Positions 10,039 through 19,804 are shown, counted from the first letter of the stretch. The stretch: DNA of 64,000 bases from Opitutales bacterium (GCA_963676215.2 CAXXVT010000002.1:190784-254783), one strand, 5' to 3'. Notes: a model not told the origin generated them from the sequence alone. Made by a program: numbers and translations.

Positions 10039-11091
10039 ATGAAAAAAATTCTCGTTACAGGCTCTTCTGGACTGATTGGATCAGAAGTATGCGTTTTTTT
10101 TGGTGGTCAAGGATATGAAGTGCATGGGGTCGACAACAATCAACGAGCTGTTTTTTTTGGCCCCAATGGAGATACTCGGTGGAACCAGCAACGATTGCAG
10201 GATTCATTGAAGCATTTTGTTCATCATGAGTTGGATATTCGTGACCGCCAAGGGGTGTTGGATCTTATCAAATCTGTCCAACCAGATTGTGTCGTTCATA
10301 CAGCCGCTCAACCTTCGCACGACAGAGCTGCAGCTATTCCGTTTGATGATTTTGACACCAATGCGGTAGGCACGCTCAATTTACTTGAAGCGGTTCGTCA
10401 ATATGCACCGGAAACTCCCTTCGCCCATATGTCTACCAATAAGGTGTATGGAGATCGACCCAATACGATCGCGTTGAAGGAACTGGAGACTCGCTGGGAT
10501 TATGATGACAGTAACTATGAAAACGGTATCGCTGAAACATTTTCAATCGATCAAAGTAAACACTCCCTTTTTGGTGCTTCCAAAGTTGCAGCAGATGTAA
10601 TGGTTCAGGAATATGGAAGATATTTCAATATCCCAACTTGTTGCCTTCGAGGAGGTTGCCTTACTGGACCAAACCATACGGGAGTCGAATTACATGGATT
10701 CTTGAGTTATCTTGTTAAATGCAATCTGGAGGGTAAGGAATACAAAGTTTTTGGTTACAAGGGCAAACAGGTAAGGGATAATATCCACTCTGTTGATGTC
10801 GCTCGGTTTATTGCTGCTTTCATCGAAAAGCCCCGTGTTGGTGAAGTTTACAATTTGGGTGGTGGTAAGAACAATTCTTGCTCGATCCTAGAGGCTTTCA
10901 AAATCACTGAAGAAATAACGGGAAAACCTCAGCAGTATCAGTATGTAGACGATAACCGGATCGGTGATCATATTTGTTATTACAGTGATTTAAGGAAAAT
11001 GAAGGAGCATTATCCGAACTGGGATATCACCAAACCTTTAAAAACCATATTCGAAGAAATCGTTGCTTCCTGGAAGGAACGGAATCAGTAG
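10039..11091 (+). CDS. NAD-dependent sugar-nucleotide epimerase/dehydratase (extended SDR, CDP-paratose-2-epimerase-like)
   Basis: N-terminal Rossmann motif [12 protein letters not shown], then HTAAQPSHD and STNKVYGD. The expected YxxxK is FGASK here (see findings). Confidence 0.8.
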   Translation: MKKILVTGSSGLIGSEVCVFFGGQGYEVHGVDNNQRAVFFGPNGDTRWNQQRLQDSLKHFVHHELDIRDRQGVLDLIKSVQPDCVVHTAAQPSHDRAAAIPFDDFDTNAVGTLNLLEAVRQYAPETPFAHMSTNKVYGDRPNTIALKELETRWDYDDSNYENGIAETFSIDQSKHSLFGASKVAADVMVQEYGRYFNIPTCCLRGGCLTGPNHTGVELHGFLSYLVKCNLEGKEYKVFGYKGKQVRDNIHSVDVARFIAAFIEKPRVGEVYNLGGGKNNSCSILEAFKITEEITGKPQQYQYVDDNRIGDHICYYSDLRKMKEHYPNWDITKPLKTIFEEIVASWKERNQ

Positions 11092-11100
11092 CTTGGTTTT

Positions 11101-11120
11101 GCCGCCAATCAACTGGCGGC
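11101..11120. terminator. GC-rich hairpin between convergent genes (no U-tract)
   Basis: GCCGCCA-atcaac-TGGCGGC, a 7-bp perfect stem. There is no T-run on either side, so terminator function is uncertain. Confidence 0.3.
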
Positions 11121-11244
11121 CGAAACTGCAGGAGTAGGCCAGATATAGCGAAGTATCGTTTGCAAACATGCGATGGCGCTCGTTTTCCGTGAACAGTTTT
11201 AGAAACTATCCACCCTCGATCTTACTAGTTTTTGGGAGTGATAC

Positions 11245-11913
11245 TTACCTCTTCCCCAGTCTGACGACTGCTCGCTCTTTTATTACTCCCCCTGCGGCGG
11301 GTGAACAGACAATATAGGCTCCTTTGCCTATGAGTGAACCTGGAGAGATTACAGAATTGCAACTGACCTCTACGCCCTCTCCGAGAATACCTCCGATTTT
11401 TCTTCTACCAGTGTCGATCATTTTGTCGTCGACTTTGATGGAGATGTTTTTGCGATCGAGCCGTACGTTAGCGAGGATAACCCCTGCGCCCAAATGGGCT
11501 TTTGTGCCAAGAATGCTATCACCGACATAATTGAAGTGGGCGGTTTCCACTGAGTCCATGAGCAGAGAATTTTTGTATTCGCAGGAGTTCCCCAGGACAC
11601 AGCCTTTTCCAGCAATCACGTTGCCGCGGATATAGACTCCGGGGCGTAGTTCACATTCGGGTCCGATAAAGGCGGGTCCTTCGATGACACCGTAGGGAGG
11701 AAGTTTTGCGCTTTTGTGAACAAACACATTATCCGACACATGGAGTCCGCTCGGAAATATTTCCACTCCCTCGGACTGGTCTCCGTTTTCAAAAAAGTCT
11801 TTTAGGGCATTGGGAATCTGTGAAAGCCATTGCCAGGGTGCGACATCAGGTGCGAAATATTCTGAGAAATAAGACAGAGAGTCAGGAAGATCAAAATAGG
11901 ATTTTGCTTTCAT
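11245..11913 (-). CDS. Left-handed beta-helix (hexapeptide-repeat) protein, sugar-nucleotidyltransferase C-terminal-domain-like
   Basis: Repeated [LIV]-G-x4 hexapeptide pattern (IGPECELRPGVYIRGNVIAGKGCVLGNSCE..., LGTKAHLGAGVILANV...). The start is placed at the internal ATG comp(11911..11913), giving MKAKSYF. Confidence 0.6.
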   Translation of the reverse strand: MKAKSYFDLPDSLSYFSEYFAPDVAPWQWLSQIPNALKDFFENGDQSEGVEIFPSGLHVSDNVFVHKSAKLPPYGVIEGPAFIGPECELRPGVYIRGNVIAGKGCVLGNSCEYKNSLLMDSVETAHFNYVGDSILGTKAHLGAGVILANVRLDRKNISIKVDDKMIDTGRRKIGGILGEGVEVSCNSVISPGSLIGKGAYIVCSPAAGGVIKERAVVRLGKR

Positions 11914-12099
11914 ATGCCGTTGGTTCGAGTGCGAACAATCATTCAAATGGGGACGAATATAGGAGATCACTGGCTTTTTTTGAATATCTCAACCTTTTTT
12001 AGATCGAACTGCATTGAGATTTTTTTTAACTTGTGCGAAATTTCTTCTAAGAAATTCACTAATCATACGTAATATAGTTAGTAACCGTTCTACTACCCC

Positions 12100-12624
12100 G
12101 TGATCCAAAACGAAAAAAATGGGATTGATGAGTTGTTTTTGAAGCAACTAGTTGATGCCCAGTCAGGAAAGTTGACAAGATACGTGTATCATCGAACACG
12201 GAATCTTGAGGCTGCCCGTGATATCGTACAGGAAGCATTTTATCGATTGACCAATGTAAAACGTCGACCGAGTTGCGAACATGCAGTTCCATGGATGTAT
12301 GCGGTATGCCGGAATTTGGCTATTGATTACCAACGCAAGCAATCCCGGTGGGTCACTAACGGAGTCGATATCATCGATCATTATTGTGCCTCAAGTGATC
12401 CGGATCCTCTAAGTAGTGCGATCCAAGAGGAAACGAAGGAGTTGCTCAGTTCTTGTATCGATCATCTCCCTGAACGTCATCGGGAAGTCATCGTGTTAAA
12501 GTTTGAAAGTGGATTAAGTTATAAAGCAATCTCCAAGATAACGAGTCTATCTGTGTCAAATGTCGGTTTCATCATCCACCAATCTGTAGCGAGGTTACGC
12601 TATGAAATGGTGAACATGGTATGA
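12100..12624 (+). CDS. ECF-type RNA polymerase sigma-70 family factor
   Basis: Region 2 reads ARDIVQEAFYRL...WMYAVCRNLAIDYQRK. Region 4 HTH reads REVIVLKFESGLSYKAISKITSLSVSNVGFIIHQSVARLR. GTG start. Confidence 0.85.
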   Translation: MIQNEKNGIDELFLKQLVDAQSGKLTRYVYHRTRNLEAARDIVQEAFYRLTNVKRRPSCEHAVPWMYAVCRNLAIDYQRKQSRWVTNGVDIIDHYCASSDPDPLSSAIQEETKELLSSCIDHLPERHREVIVLKFESGLSYKAISKITSLSVSNVGFIIHQSVARLRYEMVNMV

Positions 12625-12637
12625 TGGTATTGCGAGT

Positions 12638-13543
12638 ATGAGGCCACAGAATCATCGGGAAGAAGAATGGATACGCATGATGCTCAATGAAGAGCTGGAT
12701 GCGCAGACTATTGATCGGATTCGAGGGGAGTTGGGAGATGATTTTTTCCAAAAATCCCGTTATGATGATATCAAATCATTGGTGGATGACGTTGAAGGTC
12801 ATTATCAGGCGCAAAAACATGCTGATTATGATCTGACACACGATCAAAAGGAGGAAATTTATGCTCATATCTCAAACGTATTTGGTGATCGAAAACGTTC
12901 GATGAAAATAGAGTGGGTTCCGCAGTTCAAATTTGCGATTGCGGTAATGTTTGGAACGGCCGCATTGGTGGCATCGGTCCCATTATTCAATTGGGTTGGA
13001 GACATCGAACGACCAGTAACTTTCAGTCCAGAAGGGAGCCTTCAACCCTATGATCCCCCTGAAATACCCTATTTGCATTCTTACGATTTCGAAACAACTA
13101 TCGAGGCAGTAGAGGTGTTTGATGATATCGCATATGTGCCCCAAAACGACTTCAACCCAATTGCCTATCAGCTCCTCCCGTGGGAAAGGGCTCAGATGGA
13201 AATGGGAGAGCCAGTGCTTGACTTACCGGAATTTGATTTCGAAGAAAGCATCGTGAATCTTGTTGATGCGGATGTAGCACCGATACCCATCAAAAGAAGC
13301 GCGCCCGTGTTCCCCACCGAGGCGAGGAGGAGTCATCTGGAAGGAGAGGTTGTGGTCGAATTTATCGTAGACGAAGAGGGTCGGGTTGGGGAAGCTATCG
13401 CGGTCTCCAGTAGTCACAATATTTTTGAATCTTCTGCAATAGAAGCGATCCGAAAGTGGGAGTTCTTGCCCGGTGAAAAGGATGGGAAAACCGTAAATGT
13501 ACGAATGCGCATGCCAATTGTTTATCACTATCGTGTCAGATAA
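12638..13543 (+). CDS. Membrane protein with C-terminal TonB domain; candidate anti-sigma partner of the adjacent ECF sigma
   Basis: One TM segment (FAIAVMFGTAALVASVPLF). The C-terminal TonB_C signature is PVFPTEARRSHLEGEVVVEFIVDEEGRVGEAIAVSSSHNIFESSAIEAIRKWEFLPGEKDGK. It starts 14 nt after the sigma gene's stop. Confidence 0.7.
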   Translation: MRPQNHREEEWIRMMLNEELDAQTIDRIRGELGDDFFQKSRYDDIKSLVDDVEGHYQAQKHADYDLTHDQKEEIYAHISNVFGDRKRSMKIEWVPQFKFAIAVMFGTAALVASVPLFNWVGDIERPVTFSPEGSLQPYDPPEIPYLHSYDFETTIEAVEVFDDIAYVPQNDFNPIAYQLLPWERAQMEMGEPVLDLPEFDFEESIVNLVDADVAPIPIKRSAPVFPTEARRSHLEGEVVVEFIVDEEGRVGEAIAVSSSHNIFESSAIEAIRKWEFLPGEKDGKTVNVRMRMPIVYHYRVR

Positions 13544-13614
13544 AAGGAGGTGTGGGCAATGGTGGTTGATGCTCTCTATTTCCTTAAGCTTGAGCTTTTG
13601 TCGTTTTTCTGGAA

Positions 13615-15018
13615 TTGAAATTGATAGTTGCTGGGAATTGTGCCATCAATAACACCAGTTCATCAATGAATGATTCGCATCAAAAGAAACTCGAAGAAAT
13701 CGAGAAAATTATTGTCGGGAAATGTCCTGGTTTCGACAAAGAAGGGATTCGCGATGCTTTGAATAGTGCTCTCAAAGAAGCCTATGAGCTAGGTGAAACG
13801 AATCACAAAGATCAGATGGTCTATTTTAATCATTTGATGCGCAATTTGCCCGACCGAATCTATTTCAAGGATCTAGAGAGTCGATTTCTCAAAGGAAACG
13901 ATGCCTTCATTCGCTATTTTGGGGTTGATCAAGAAAACGAAGTGGTTGGGAAGACCGATTTCGATTTTTTTCCTGATAAGTTCGCTCAACAAAAATTCCA
14001 AGACGAACAAAGTATCATCAATGAAGGTAAGATTGTTCAAAAAGACGAACATGATGAGCAGAGGGTAGGAGAGGTTGCATGGTCATCTACAACCAAAATG
14101 CCATTGCGCGATGATGAAGGGGAAATCATCGGAACTTTCGGTCTTTCCCGCGACATAACCGACAAGAAAGTAGCCGAGCAGAAACTGATGGCTCTTGCCA
14201 AGGACCTGCAGGAAAAAAATGAGCAAATCGAAACGGACCTTGAAATGGCCCGCAAGCTTCAAACTGCTTTTGTGCCGACAAGTTATCCAGTTTTTAAGTG
14301 GGATCTCGGTATGGAACAAAGTGCGCTTACGTTTTCTCACCGATATATACCTTCAGAAAAACTTGCAGGGGATTTTTTCCAGGTTATTCCCATTTCAAAC
14401 ACCAAAGTTGGGATATTGATCTGTGATGTAATGGGACACGGAATTCGTGCCTCGCTTGTGACGGCAATTCTTCGTGGATTGGTCGGCGAACTCAAGCTCA
14501 TCACTCCCTATCCCCATGTGTTTTTGAGAAAGGTCAATCGCAGTCTCAGTACTGTTTTGACGCAGCTTGATATAACGTTGTTTGTGACGGCTTTTTACGG
14601 TGTTATTGACCTTGATCGTGGGCAGATTCACTACGCAAATGCGGGGCATCCACTGCCTATTATCGCCGATCGAAATAGTGGGAAGGCTACGCTATTTCCT
14701 GCCGTTGCGGATTCTCCAGAACCAGCATTGGGTCTCGTTGATTCCTACAAATATTCCTACAATTCGGTTCCTGTTCAGCGAAATAACTCCCTGTTTTTCT
14801 ACACGGATGGTATTATTGAGGCTGAAAACCATGAGGGCGAAGAATTCGGAATGGAACGTTTTCTGGATGCGTTTAAAGATCTGACTCCGACGGCATCGAA
14901 GGGAGTTTTAGAGCGCTTGGTAAACCAAGTAAACACCTTCATGGAGGGTGAGAAGCCCAAGGACGACATGTGCATCATCCGTGTAAATGTTGAGGAAACT
15001 CTGGCGGACCGGATTTAA
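13615..15018 (+). CDS. PAS-domain PP2C-type serine phosphatase (SpoIIE/RsbU family)
   Basis: The PAS-like block is IYFKDLESRFLKGNDAFIRYFG...SSTTKMPLRDDEGEIIGTFGLSRDITDKK. The SpoIIE block is GDFFQVIPISNTKVGILICDVMGHGIRASL...YTDGIIEA...DDMCII. TTG start; an ATG at 13666 (MNDSH) is an alternative. Confidence 0.8.
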   Translation: MKLIVAGNCAINNTSSSMNDSHQKKLEEIEKIIVGKCPGFDKEGIRDALNSALKEAYELGETNHKDQMVYFNHLMRNLPDRIYFKDLESRFLKGNDAFIRYFGVDQENEVVGKTDFDFFPDKFAQQKFQDEQSIINEGKIVQKDEHDEQRVGEVAWSSTTKMPLRDDEGEIIGTFGLSRDITDKKVAEQKLMALAKDLQEKNEQIETDLEMARKLQTAFVPTSYPVFKWDLGMEQSALTFSHRYIPSEKLAGDFFQVIPISNTKVGILICDVMGHGIRASLVTAILRGLVGELKLITPYPHVFLRKVNRSLSTVLTQLDITLFVTAFYGVIDLDRGQIHYANAGHPLPIIADRNSGKATLFPAVADSPEPALGLVDSYKYSYNSVPVQRNNSLFFYTDGIIEAENHEGEEFGMERFLDAFKDLTPTASKGVLERLVNQVNTFMEGEKPKDDMCIIRVNVEETLADRI

Positions 15019-15044
15019 TACCTTTGTCTTGTAGCACTATTGGC

Positions 15045-16124
15045 TCAATCGATGAACTTCAGCACATCGGCCAAGACTTTGGCGGGTGTTAATTGGCGCA
15101 TGCAATCGAAACGTCCATCACAAGTGGGGTGTTTACGGCAAGGCGCGCATTCGAGATCTTCGAACAAGATGCTTACTTTGGTCGTGTGCGTCTCTTTGTA
15201 AGGTACCGTGGATCCGAAAATGCAGACTGTCGGGCGTTGATGGGCAATACTCATATGAGTCATACCGGTATCTACTCCTACTGAAATATTGGCCTTCCCT
15301 ATGAGCGCGGCTGCGTCAGGGATGGAGAGAAAACGTTGACCGGCAAGATTAACGAAGCTCTTGGACTCCTTGAGTTTGGAAGTTATGGCCTCTGAAGCCT
15401 GTCGGTCGCCTGGTCCACCGAGTATAACGCAAGGCAATGCTGTTTGCTCCCAACATTGGTCGATCAATTCAACCCAGTGACTTTCGATCCAGTGTTTCTG
15501 TGGACGCGTGGTAAAAGGAAATACGGTAATAAAACCATTTGTTAGGTTGAACTCATCGATGATTCCTTCCGCGATTTTCCACGATGCAGGAGGCAAGCCC
15601 AATTCCATCGAAAAAGAATCGGTAGGGAGGTCCAGGAATTCAGCAATATCGAAGTATTCAGAGCTGATCCTTGGTTTTCCATGGATCTTTGGCACATTGT
15701 CGTGAACCATGAATTGAGCTCCTTCCCTCGATCCGCAGCCAACGATGTATTTGGCCCCCGAAAGTTTTGCAATGATACCGCTTTTCAGCAGCCCTTGAGT
15801 ATCAATCACCCAGTCGTAATTCCTTTTGCGCACATCGCTGATACATGTTCTCCACTCCCGGAACAACGTGCCGTATTTTTTTGCCTTAGCGAGTTGTTTA
15901 AAGCGCTTGGTGGGCCAGGAGATGGTATTGCGAAGTTCTGGGTGGTATGAAACGAGGTCTTTCGATTCTGGCTGAACCAACCAGTCAATCGTGGATTGAG
16001 GGTATTGCTGCCGCAATGCCCGGATCAGTGGAGTCGCCATGACGTTGTCACCGATGGCGCTGAGACGAATGATAAGAATCGACTTCGGGGTTGTGTGGCT
16101 TCGCTTGTGGCGGTGCTGAGACAT
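15045..16124 (-). CDS. Glycosyltransferase family 9 (LPS heptosyltransferase-like)
   Basis: The N-terminal segment ILIIRLSAIGDNVMATPLIRALRQQYP and the C-terminal segment SVGVDTGMTHMSIA...CIFGST are typical of GT9 / ADP-heptose:LPS heptosyltransferases. Confidence 0.8.
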   Translation of the reverse strand: MSQHRHKRSHTTPKSILIIRLSAIGDNVMATPLIRALRQQYPQSTIDWLVQPESKDLVSYHPELRNTISWPTKRFKQLAKAKKYGTLFREWRTCISDVRKRNYDWVIDTQGLLKSGIIAKLSGAKYIVGCGSREGAQFMVHDNVPKIHGKPRISSEYFDIAEFLDLPTDSFSMELGLPPASWKIAEGIIDEFNLTNGFITVFPFTTRPQKHWIESHWVELIDQCWEQTALPCVILGGPGDRQASEAITSKLKESKSFVNLAGQRFLSIPDAAALIGKANISVGVDTGMTHMSIAHQRPTVCIFGSTVPYKETHTTKVSILFEDLECAPCRKHPTCDGRFDCMRQLTPAKVLADVLKFID

Positions 16125-16143
16125 GAAAATTTCTTTGAATGGC

Positions 16144-16908
16144 TTACTGAAGTCTTACAGGGATCCCCGCCTTTGCCAAATGTTGTTTGGTTTCCTGAAT
16201 CGTAAAGGTGCCAAAGTGAAAAATGGAAGCGGCCAATACTGCATCAGCCTTTCCGATGTTGATGGCGTCAACAAGGTGATCAAGGGTTCCTGCACCCCCT
16301 GAGGCGATGACTGGAACCTGCACGGACTCGCTGATCGCACAGTTCAACTTGTTATCATAGCCATTGAGCATTCCATCCTGGTCCATGCTTGTAAGCAGGA
16401 TTTCTCCAGCACCCCGTTTTACGACCTCATTTGCCCAATCGGTTACCAACCATTCCGTCGCATTTCTTCCCCCGTGTGTAAAGACACGCCAGTTGTTTAC
16501 CTGCGCATCAAACTTTGCATCGATTGCAACCACGATGCAGGAGGTTCCAAAACGCTCAGCGGATTGGTTGACCAAATCAGGGTTTTGCAGAGCGGATGTA
16601 TTCAGACTGATCTTATCGGCACCGGAATGCAACATAGCTGTAATATCATCGATGGAGCGAAGGCCTCCGCCCACTGTGAGAGGCATGAAACACTGCGATG
16701 CGGTGCGTTCGACGACATCGTGCATGATGTTTCGATTGTCACTCGAGGCAGTGATATCCAAAAATACCAACTCATCTGCACCCTGTTTTTCGTATGCCTT
16801 AGCAGTTTCAACCGGGTCTCCAGCATCGCGTAGTTCCTGGAACTTAATCCCTTTTACCACGCGTCCCGCCGTGACATCTAGACATGGAATGATTCTTTTC
16901 GAGAGCAT
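16144..16908 (-). CDS. hisF: Imidazole glycerol phosphate synthase cyclase subunit HisF
   Basis: [34 protein letters not shown]...[13 protein letters not shown]...[10 protein letters not shown]...ASGGAG is the canonical HisF sequence along the full length. Confidence 0.95.
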   Translation of the reverse strand: MLSKRIIPCLDVTAGRVVKGIKFQELRDAGDPVETAKAYEKQGADELVFLDITASSDNRNIMHDVVERTASQCFMPLTVGGGLRSIDDITAMLHSGADKISLNTSALQNPDLVNQSAERFGTSCIVVAIDAKFDAQVNNWRVFTHGGRNATEWLVTDWANEVVKRGAGEILLTSMDQDGMLNGYDNKLNCAISESVQVPVIASGGAGTLDHLVDAINIGKADAVLAASIFHFGTFTIQETKQHLAKAGIPVRLQ

Positions 16909-17014
16909 TATGCAAAATAATGGTTGAAATCAGTTCAAAGAAAACACTAAATTAGCCCCTCTGATCAATTGGTCGCCTCCGCAAGAGGCAAATACCACAC
17001 TATCAATGGATCAT

Positions 17015-17089
17015 GGCGCGGTAGCCAAGTGGTAAGGCCGGGCTCTGCAAAAGCCCTATGCGTCGGTTCAATTCCGACCCGCGCCTCCA
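17015..17089 (+). tRNA. tRNA-Cys (anticodon GCA), CCA encoded
   Basis: Cloverleaf by eye. The acceptor stem is GGCGCGG/CCGCGCC. The anticodon stem is GGGCT/AGCCC, with loop CT-GCA-AA (GCA at 17047..17049). The T arm is GTCGG-TTCAATT-CCGAC. The discriminator is U73 (typical for tRNA-Cys), followed by CCA and a T-run. Confidence 0.9.
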
Positions 17090-17379
17090 TTTTTTGTCCA
17101 AGCTCAGCTTGGTTTTACAAACAAATGTCCTTCGTAGCTCATTGAGCGTAGTGGGGCAGGGCGCCATTTCGATGGTTGGCTTTCACACTTCGTTCCTGAA
17201 ACGATGCAGGCCTCCAAATTTTGTTTGCGCATCAAAAGTTTGGTTTCGGAAATTCCATATCGTGGTTTTTCTGATTCAAAGCCCTCGAGCCTTTGTCTCC
17301 GCATACGTGTCGCCGTCTTGGAAAAGGGTCGTTGGAGTTGATTTCTGGAGTTTTCAGAAGAAGGTAAATCGGAGATATT

Positions 17380-18258
17380 ATGACGAAAGACGAACGAATT
17401 GCCCTGATTTCATTGCCAATCGTGATTCTAATTGGAGTTGGATTTGCTACCGCTGGTAGTGTCGGACCCGTGGAAGTCGCAGGGTTGCCTCTATTTGCAT
17501 TTGGAGTTCTTCTGGCATTCCTAATTCAGTGGCTGGTCTTCATTCCCTCTTTTCTGGGAAAAACCGAAAAATTCTATGATCTTACGGGTGGACTCACTTA
17601 TTTGACGGTGACTATCATTGGAGTAGCGTTCAGCCCACAATTGGATTTGAGGTCCATCCTTCTGGCATCCATGGTGTGCATCTGGGCGATTCGACTAGCG
17701 ACGTTTCTCTTTCTTCGCATTCACAAAGCCGGTAAGGATGGTCGCTTTGATTCGCTTAAGGCTTCCTTTCTTCGCTTCCTGCTCGCCTGGACGCTTCAGG
17801 GACTTTGGGTCACGTTCACAATTGCAACTGCATTAGCGGCCATCACATCTCCGGTTAAAAAAGAACTAGGATGGATGGGTGTTATAGGGCTGATCATTTG
17901 GCTGTTCGCTTTTGCATTTGAAGCAATTGCGGACGCTCAAAAATCCGCTTTCAAGGCAGACCCAGCCAATAAAGGGAAATTTATTCAATCAGGGCTTTGG
18001 TCGTGGTCCCGGCACCCGAATTATTTTGGTGAGATAGTTTTATGGATAGGTGTAGCACTGGTTGCGCTTCCCGTGTTGCAGGGATGGCAGTATGCGACCT
18101 TATTTTCCCCAGTTTTCGTGGCTTTGCTTTTGACCAAAATAAGTGGAGTGCCTATCTTAGAGAAGAGCGCTGATGAAACTTGGGGCGGGCAACCCGAATA
18201 TGAGACTTATAAAGAACAAGTCCCCGTGCTCATCCCACGGCTTATCCGTCGTCAATGA
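17380..18258 (+). CDS. DUF1295 / steroid-5-alpha-reductase-like polytopic membrane protein
   Basis: Multiple TM segments. The C-terminal signature GLWSWSRHPNYFGEIVLWIG is characteristic of the DUF1295/ICMT-like superfamily. Confidence 0.75.
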   Translation: MTKDERIALISLPIVILIGVGFATAGSVGPVEVAGLPLFAFGVLLAFLIQWLVFIPSFLGKTEKFYDLTGGLTYLTVTIIGVAFSPQLDLRSILLASMVCIWAIRLATFLFLRIHKAGKDGRFDSLKASFLRFLLAWTLQGLWVTFTIATALAAITSPVKKELGWMGVIGLIIWLFAFAFEAIADAQKSAFKADPANKGKFIQSGLWSWSRHPNYFGEIVLWIGVALVALPVLQGWQYATLFSPVFVALLLTKISGVPILEKSADETWGGQPEYETYKEQVPVLIPRLIRRQ

Positions 18259-18357
18259 TTTTTGAAAATCAGGGAGTTGTCGTTATTTTGGGTTCCGAAA
18301 GCCATGGAATGCCTAGTGAAAACGGATTAAGGTTCTGTTTTTACTCTGTCACGAGTT

Positions 18358-18381
18358 GCTGCTGACTGATGAGTCAGCAGC
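18358..18381. terminator. Perfect 10-bp hairpin between convergent genes
   Basis: GCTGCTGACT-gatg-AGTCAGCAGC. There is no clear U-tract, so it may be a terminator or a stability element. Confidence 0.35.
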
Positions 18382-18446
18382 GCAAGGCGAAAAGTTAAAC
18401 CCCGTATCAGATTGGCGAAACGTTTCAGAATTTGATGTATGATGCT

Positions 18447-18698
18447 CTAATAATCGTAACACACACGGTCTCTACGACGACGGCCTAAGACTCTGGCAGG
18501 AAGCATGACAATGCTTCGGCAGAGTTCAAAAAGGCCTTCAAATACGATACCGATGAAACGGAAAGGAAGGAGAAGGAGCCAGATGATCGGATAGGCGACC
18601 AGGGCCAGAATCGCGATCGGCCAGGCCAGTAAAAAGAGAAGTAGCCAGAGTAGTAAATTGGTCATGGTTGAGTTGTTGGTTTGGTTTGGTTGATTCAT
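18447..18698 (-). CDS. Small hypothetical membrane protein
   Basis: 83 aa with two very hydrophobic segments (LLLWLLLFLLAWPIAILALVAYPIIWLLLLPF) and a basic tail RRRRDR. It has no recognisable family, so the coding call rests on hydropathy only. Confidence 0.5.
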   Translation of the reverse strand: MNQPNQTNNSTMTNLLLWLLLFLLAWPIAILALVAYPIIWLLLLPFRFIGIVFEGLFELCRSIVMLPARVLGRRRRDRVCYDY

Positions 18699-18733
18699 GA
18701 TGATGTTGATGGTTGAAAATTTGTATCTGCGTT

Positions 18734-19804
18734 TTATAACGCGTCCTCTTCAGAATGGTAGGTGGTATTTTTCTGAATCCAGGTCATTGCTGCAGTCATC
18801 GCATCTGCTGCTACAGTTTGAATGTCAGGGGATACTCCCTGTCCTTCCAAGCGACCCGCGCTTGCGGAGAAATAATCTGCGATCGGTAGTGAGAGTTGCA
18901 GCCCGTCAGCCAAGTCAAACATGGTTTGGGACAGCATTTGTCCGGCGGTGGTTTCTCCTATGATGAGCACATTGTCGAGTTGCCCCATTGCGTCGGCTGC
19001 GAGTTCTGCTGCACTTGCTGTCACATTACTGACGAGGACACATACTGGCCCCTCATAAACCTCGGTGGCTGGTTGCAGTTGGACGCGCAGAATTCCTTTC
19101 TCCACTACGTCATCCCAGAAAGTCTTGATCGACCATCCTTCCCAGGGTTGGACATTTTCGATTGTTTCTTTTGACGGGGATCCTTCGTGAGAGCCTGTCC
19201 ATTTTTGGGAGACAAACACTCCTGCATCGAGTGGTTTTTTGGTAAGATGAGCGACGAGAGGTTTGATTGCGAAAGCGCCACCGCCGTTATTGCGAAGGTC
19301 GATAATGAGAGCTTTGGCATCATTAGCGATGATCTCGCTGTATGCTTCCTGAATCTGACGAATCGTATCTAGCCCCATCATGGTATTGACAGTGAGAATG
19401 GCCGTATCTTCCTCCCATGAGAGCTGACACCCAGAACCTCCGACTTCCATCGCGTCGAGGTAATTCGCCAAGGCGTAAGCATTCATTTTGGCGAAATCCA
19501 GACGGACATGTGAGAAGGGACCCTCCTTCCACGCTTTGTTAAACCCATCGACAAAATCTTTCACGGAGTCAGCGTTTTCTGCGATCAGCTCAGCCTTCTT
19601 TTCCATTTGTTCATAGGCCTTCTGTTTGAGCTGGTCAGGATCATAGTGATGATGGCGCATGAGTTCGGAGATTTGATCAGCGATTGCGCTTAGGTTCGGT
19701 TTTTCCTCTGGGGCATTAGATGGGGATTCTTTTGCCCCCAGCCCCAGAGAAAGGCTGATGCAGAAAGTGACTGTTGTGATGATGTTTTTGATGTTGTTGA
19801 TCAT
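18734..19804 (-). CDS. Secreted peptidase S41 family protein (tail-specific-protease-like)
   Basis: It has a signal peptide, then LIIDLRNNGGGAF and the catalytic-serine region VLVSNVTASAAELAA. Confidence 0.75.
   Translation of the reverse strand: MINNIKNIITTVTFCISLSLGLGAKESPSNAPEEKPNLSAIADQISELMRHHHYDPDQLKQKAYEQMEKKAELIAENADSVKDFVDGFNKAWKEGPFSHVRLDFAKMNAYALANYLDAMEVGGSGCQLSWEEDTAILTVNTMMGLDTIRQIQEAYSEIIANDAKALIIDLRNNGGGAFAIKPLVAHLTKKPLDAGVFVSQKWTGSHEGSPSKETIENVQPWEGWSIKTFWDDVVEKGILRVQLQPATEVYEGPVCVLVSNVTASAAELAADAMGQLDNVLIIGETTAGQMLSQTMFDLADGLQLSLPIADYFSASAGRLEGQGVSPDIQTVAADAMTAAMTWIQKNTTYHSEEDAL

Noticed and set aside
16364-16927. 187-aa plus-strand ORF (and 16474..16833) covering the hisF locus
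   Set aside because: It lies entirely antisense to a full-length, canonical HisF. The composition is S/T/A/R-rich, typical of a shadow ORF.
17015-17380. tRNA-Cys as a genomic-island integration site
   Set aside because: No integrase is present, I could not spot a direct repeat of the tRNA 3' end nearby, and the flanking genes (hisF, DUF1295) look like ordinary chromosomal genes.
17058-17459. 133-aa ORF starting inside tRNA-Cys
   Set aside because: It begins within the tRNA gene and runs through the tRNA-DUF1295 intergenic region into that gene's 5' end in another frame. It has no motifs.
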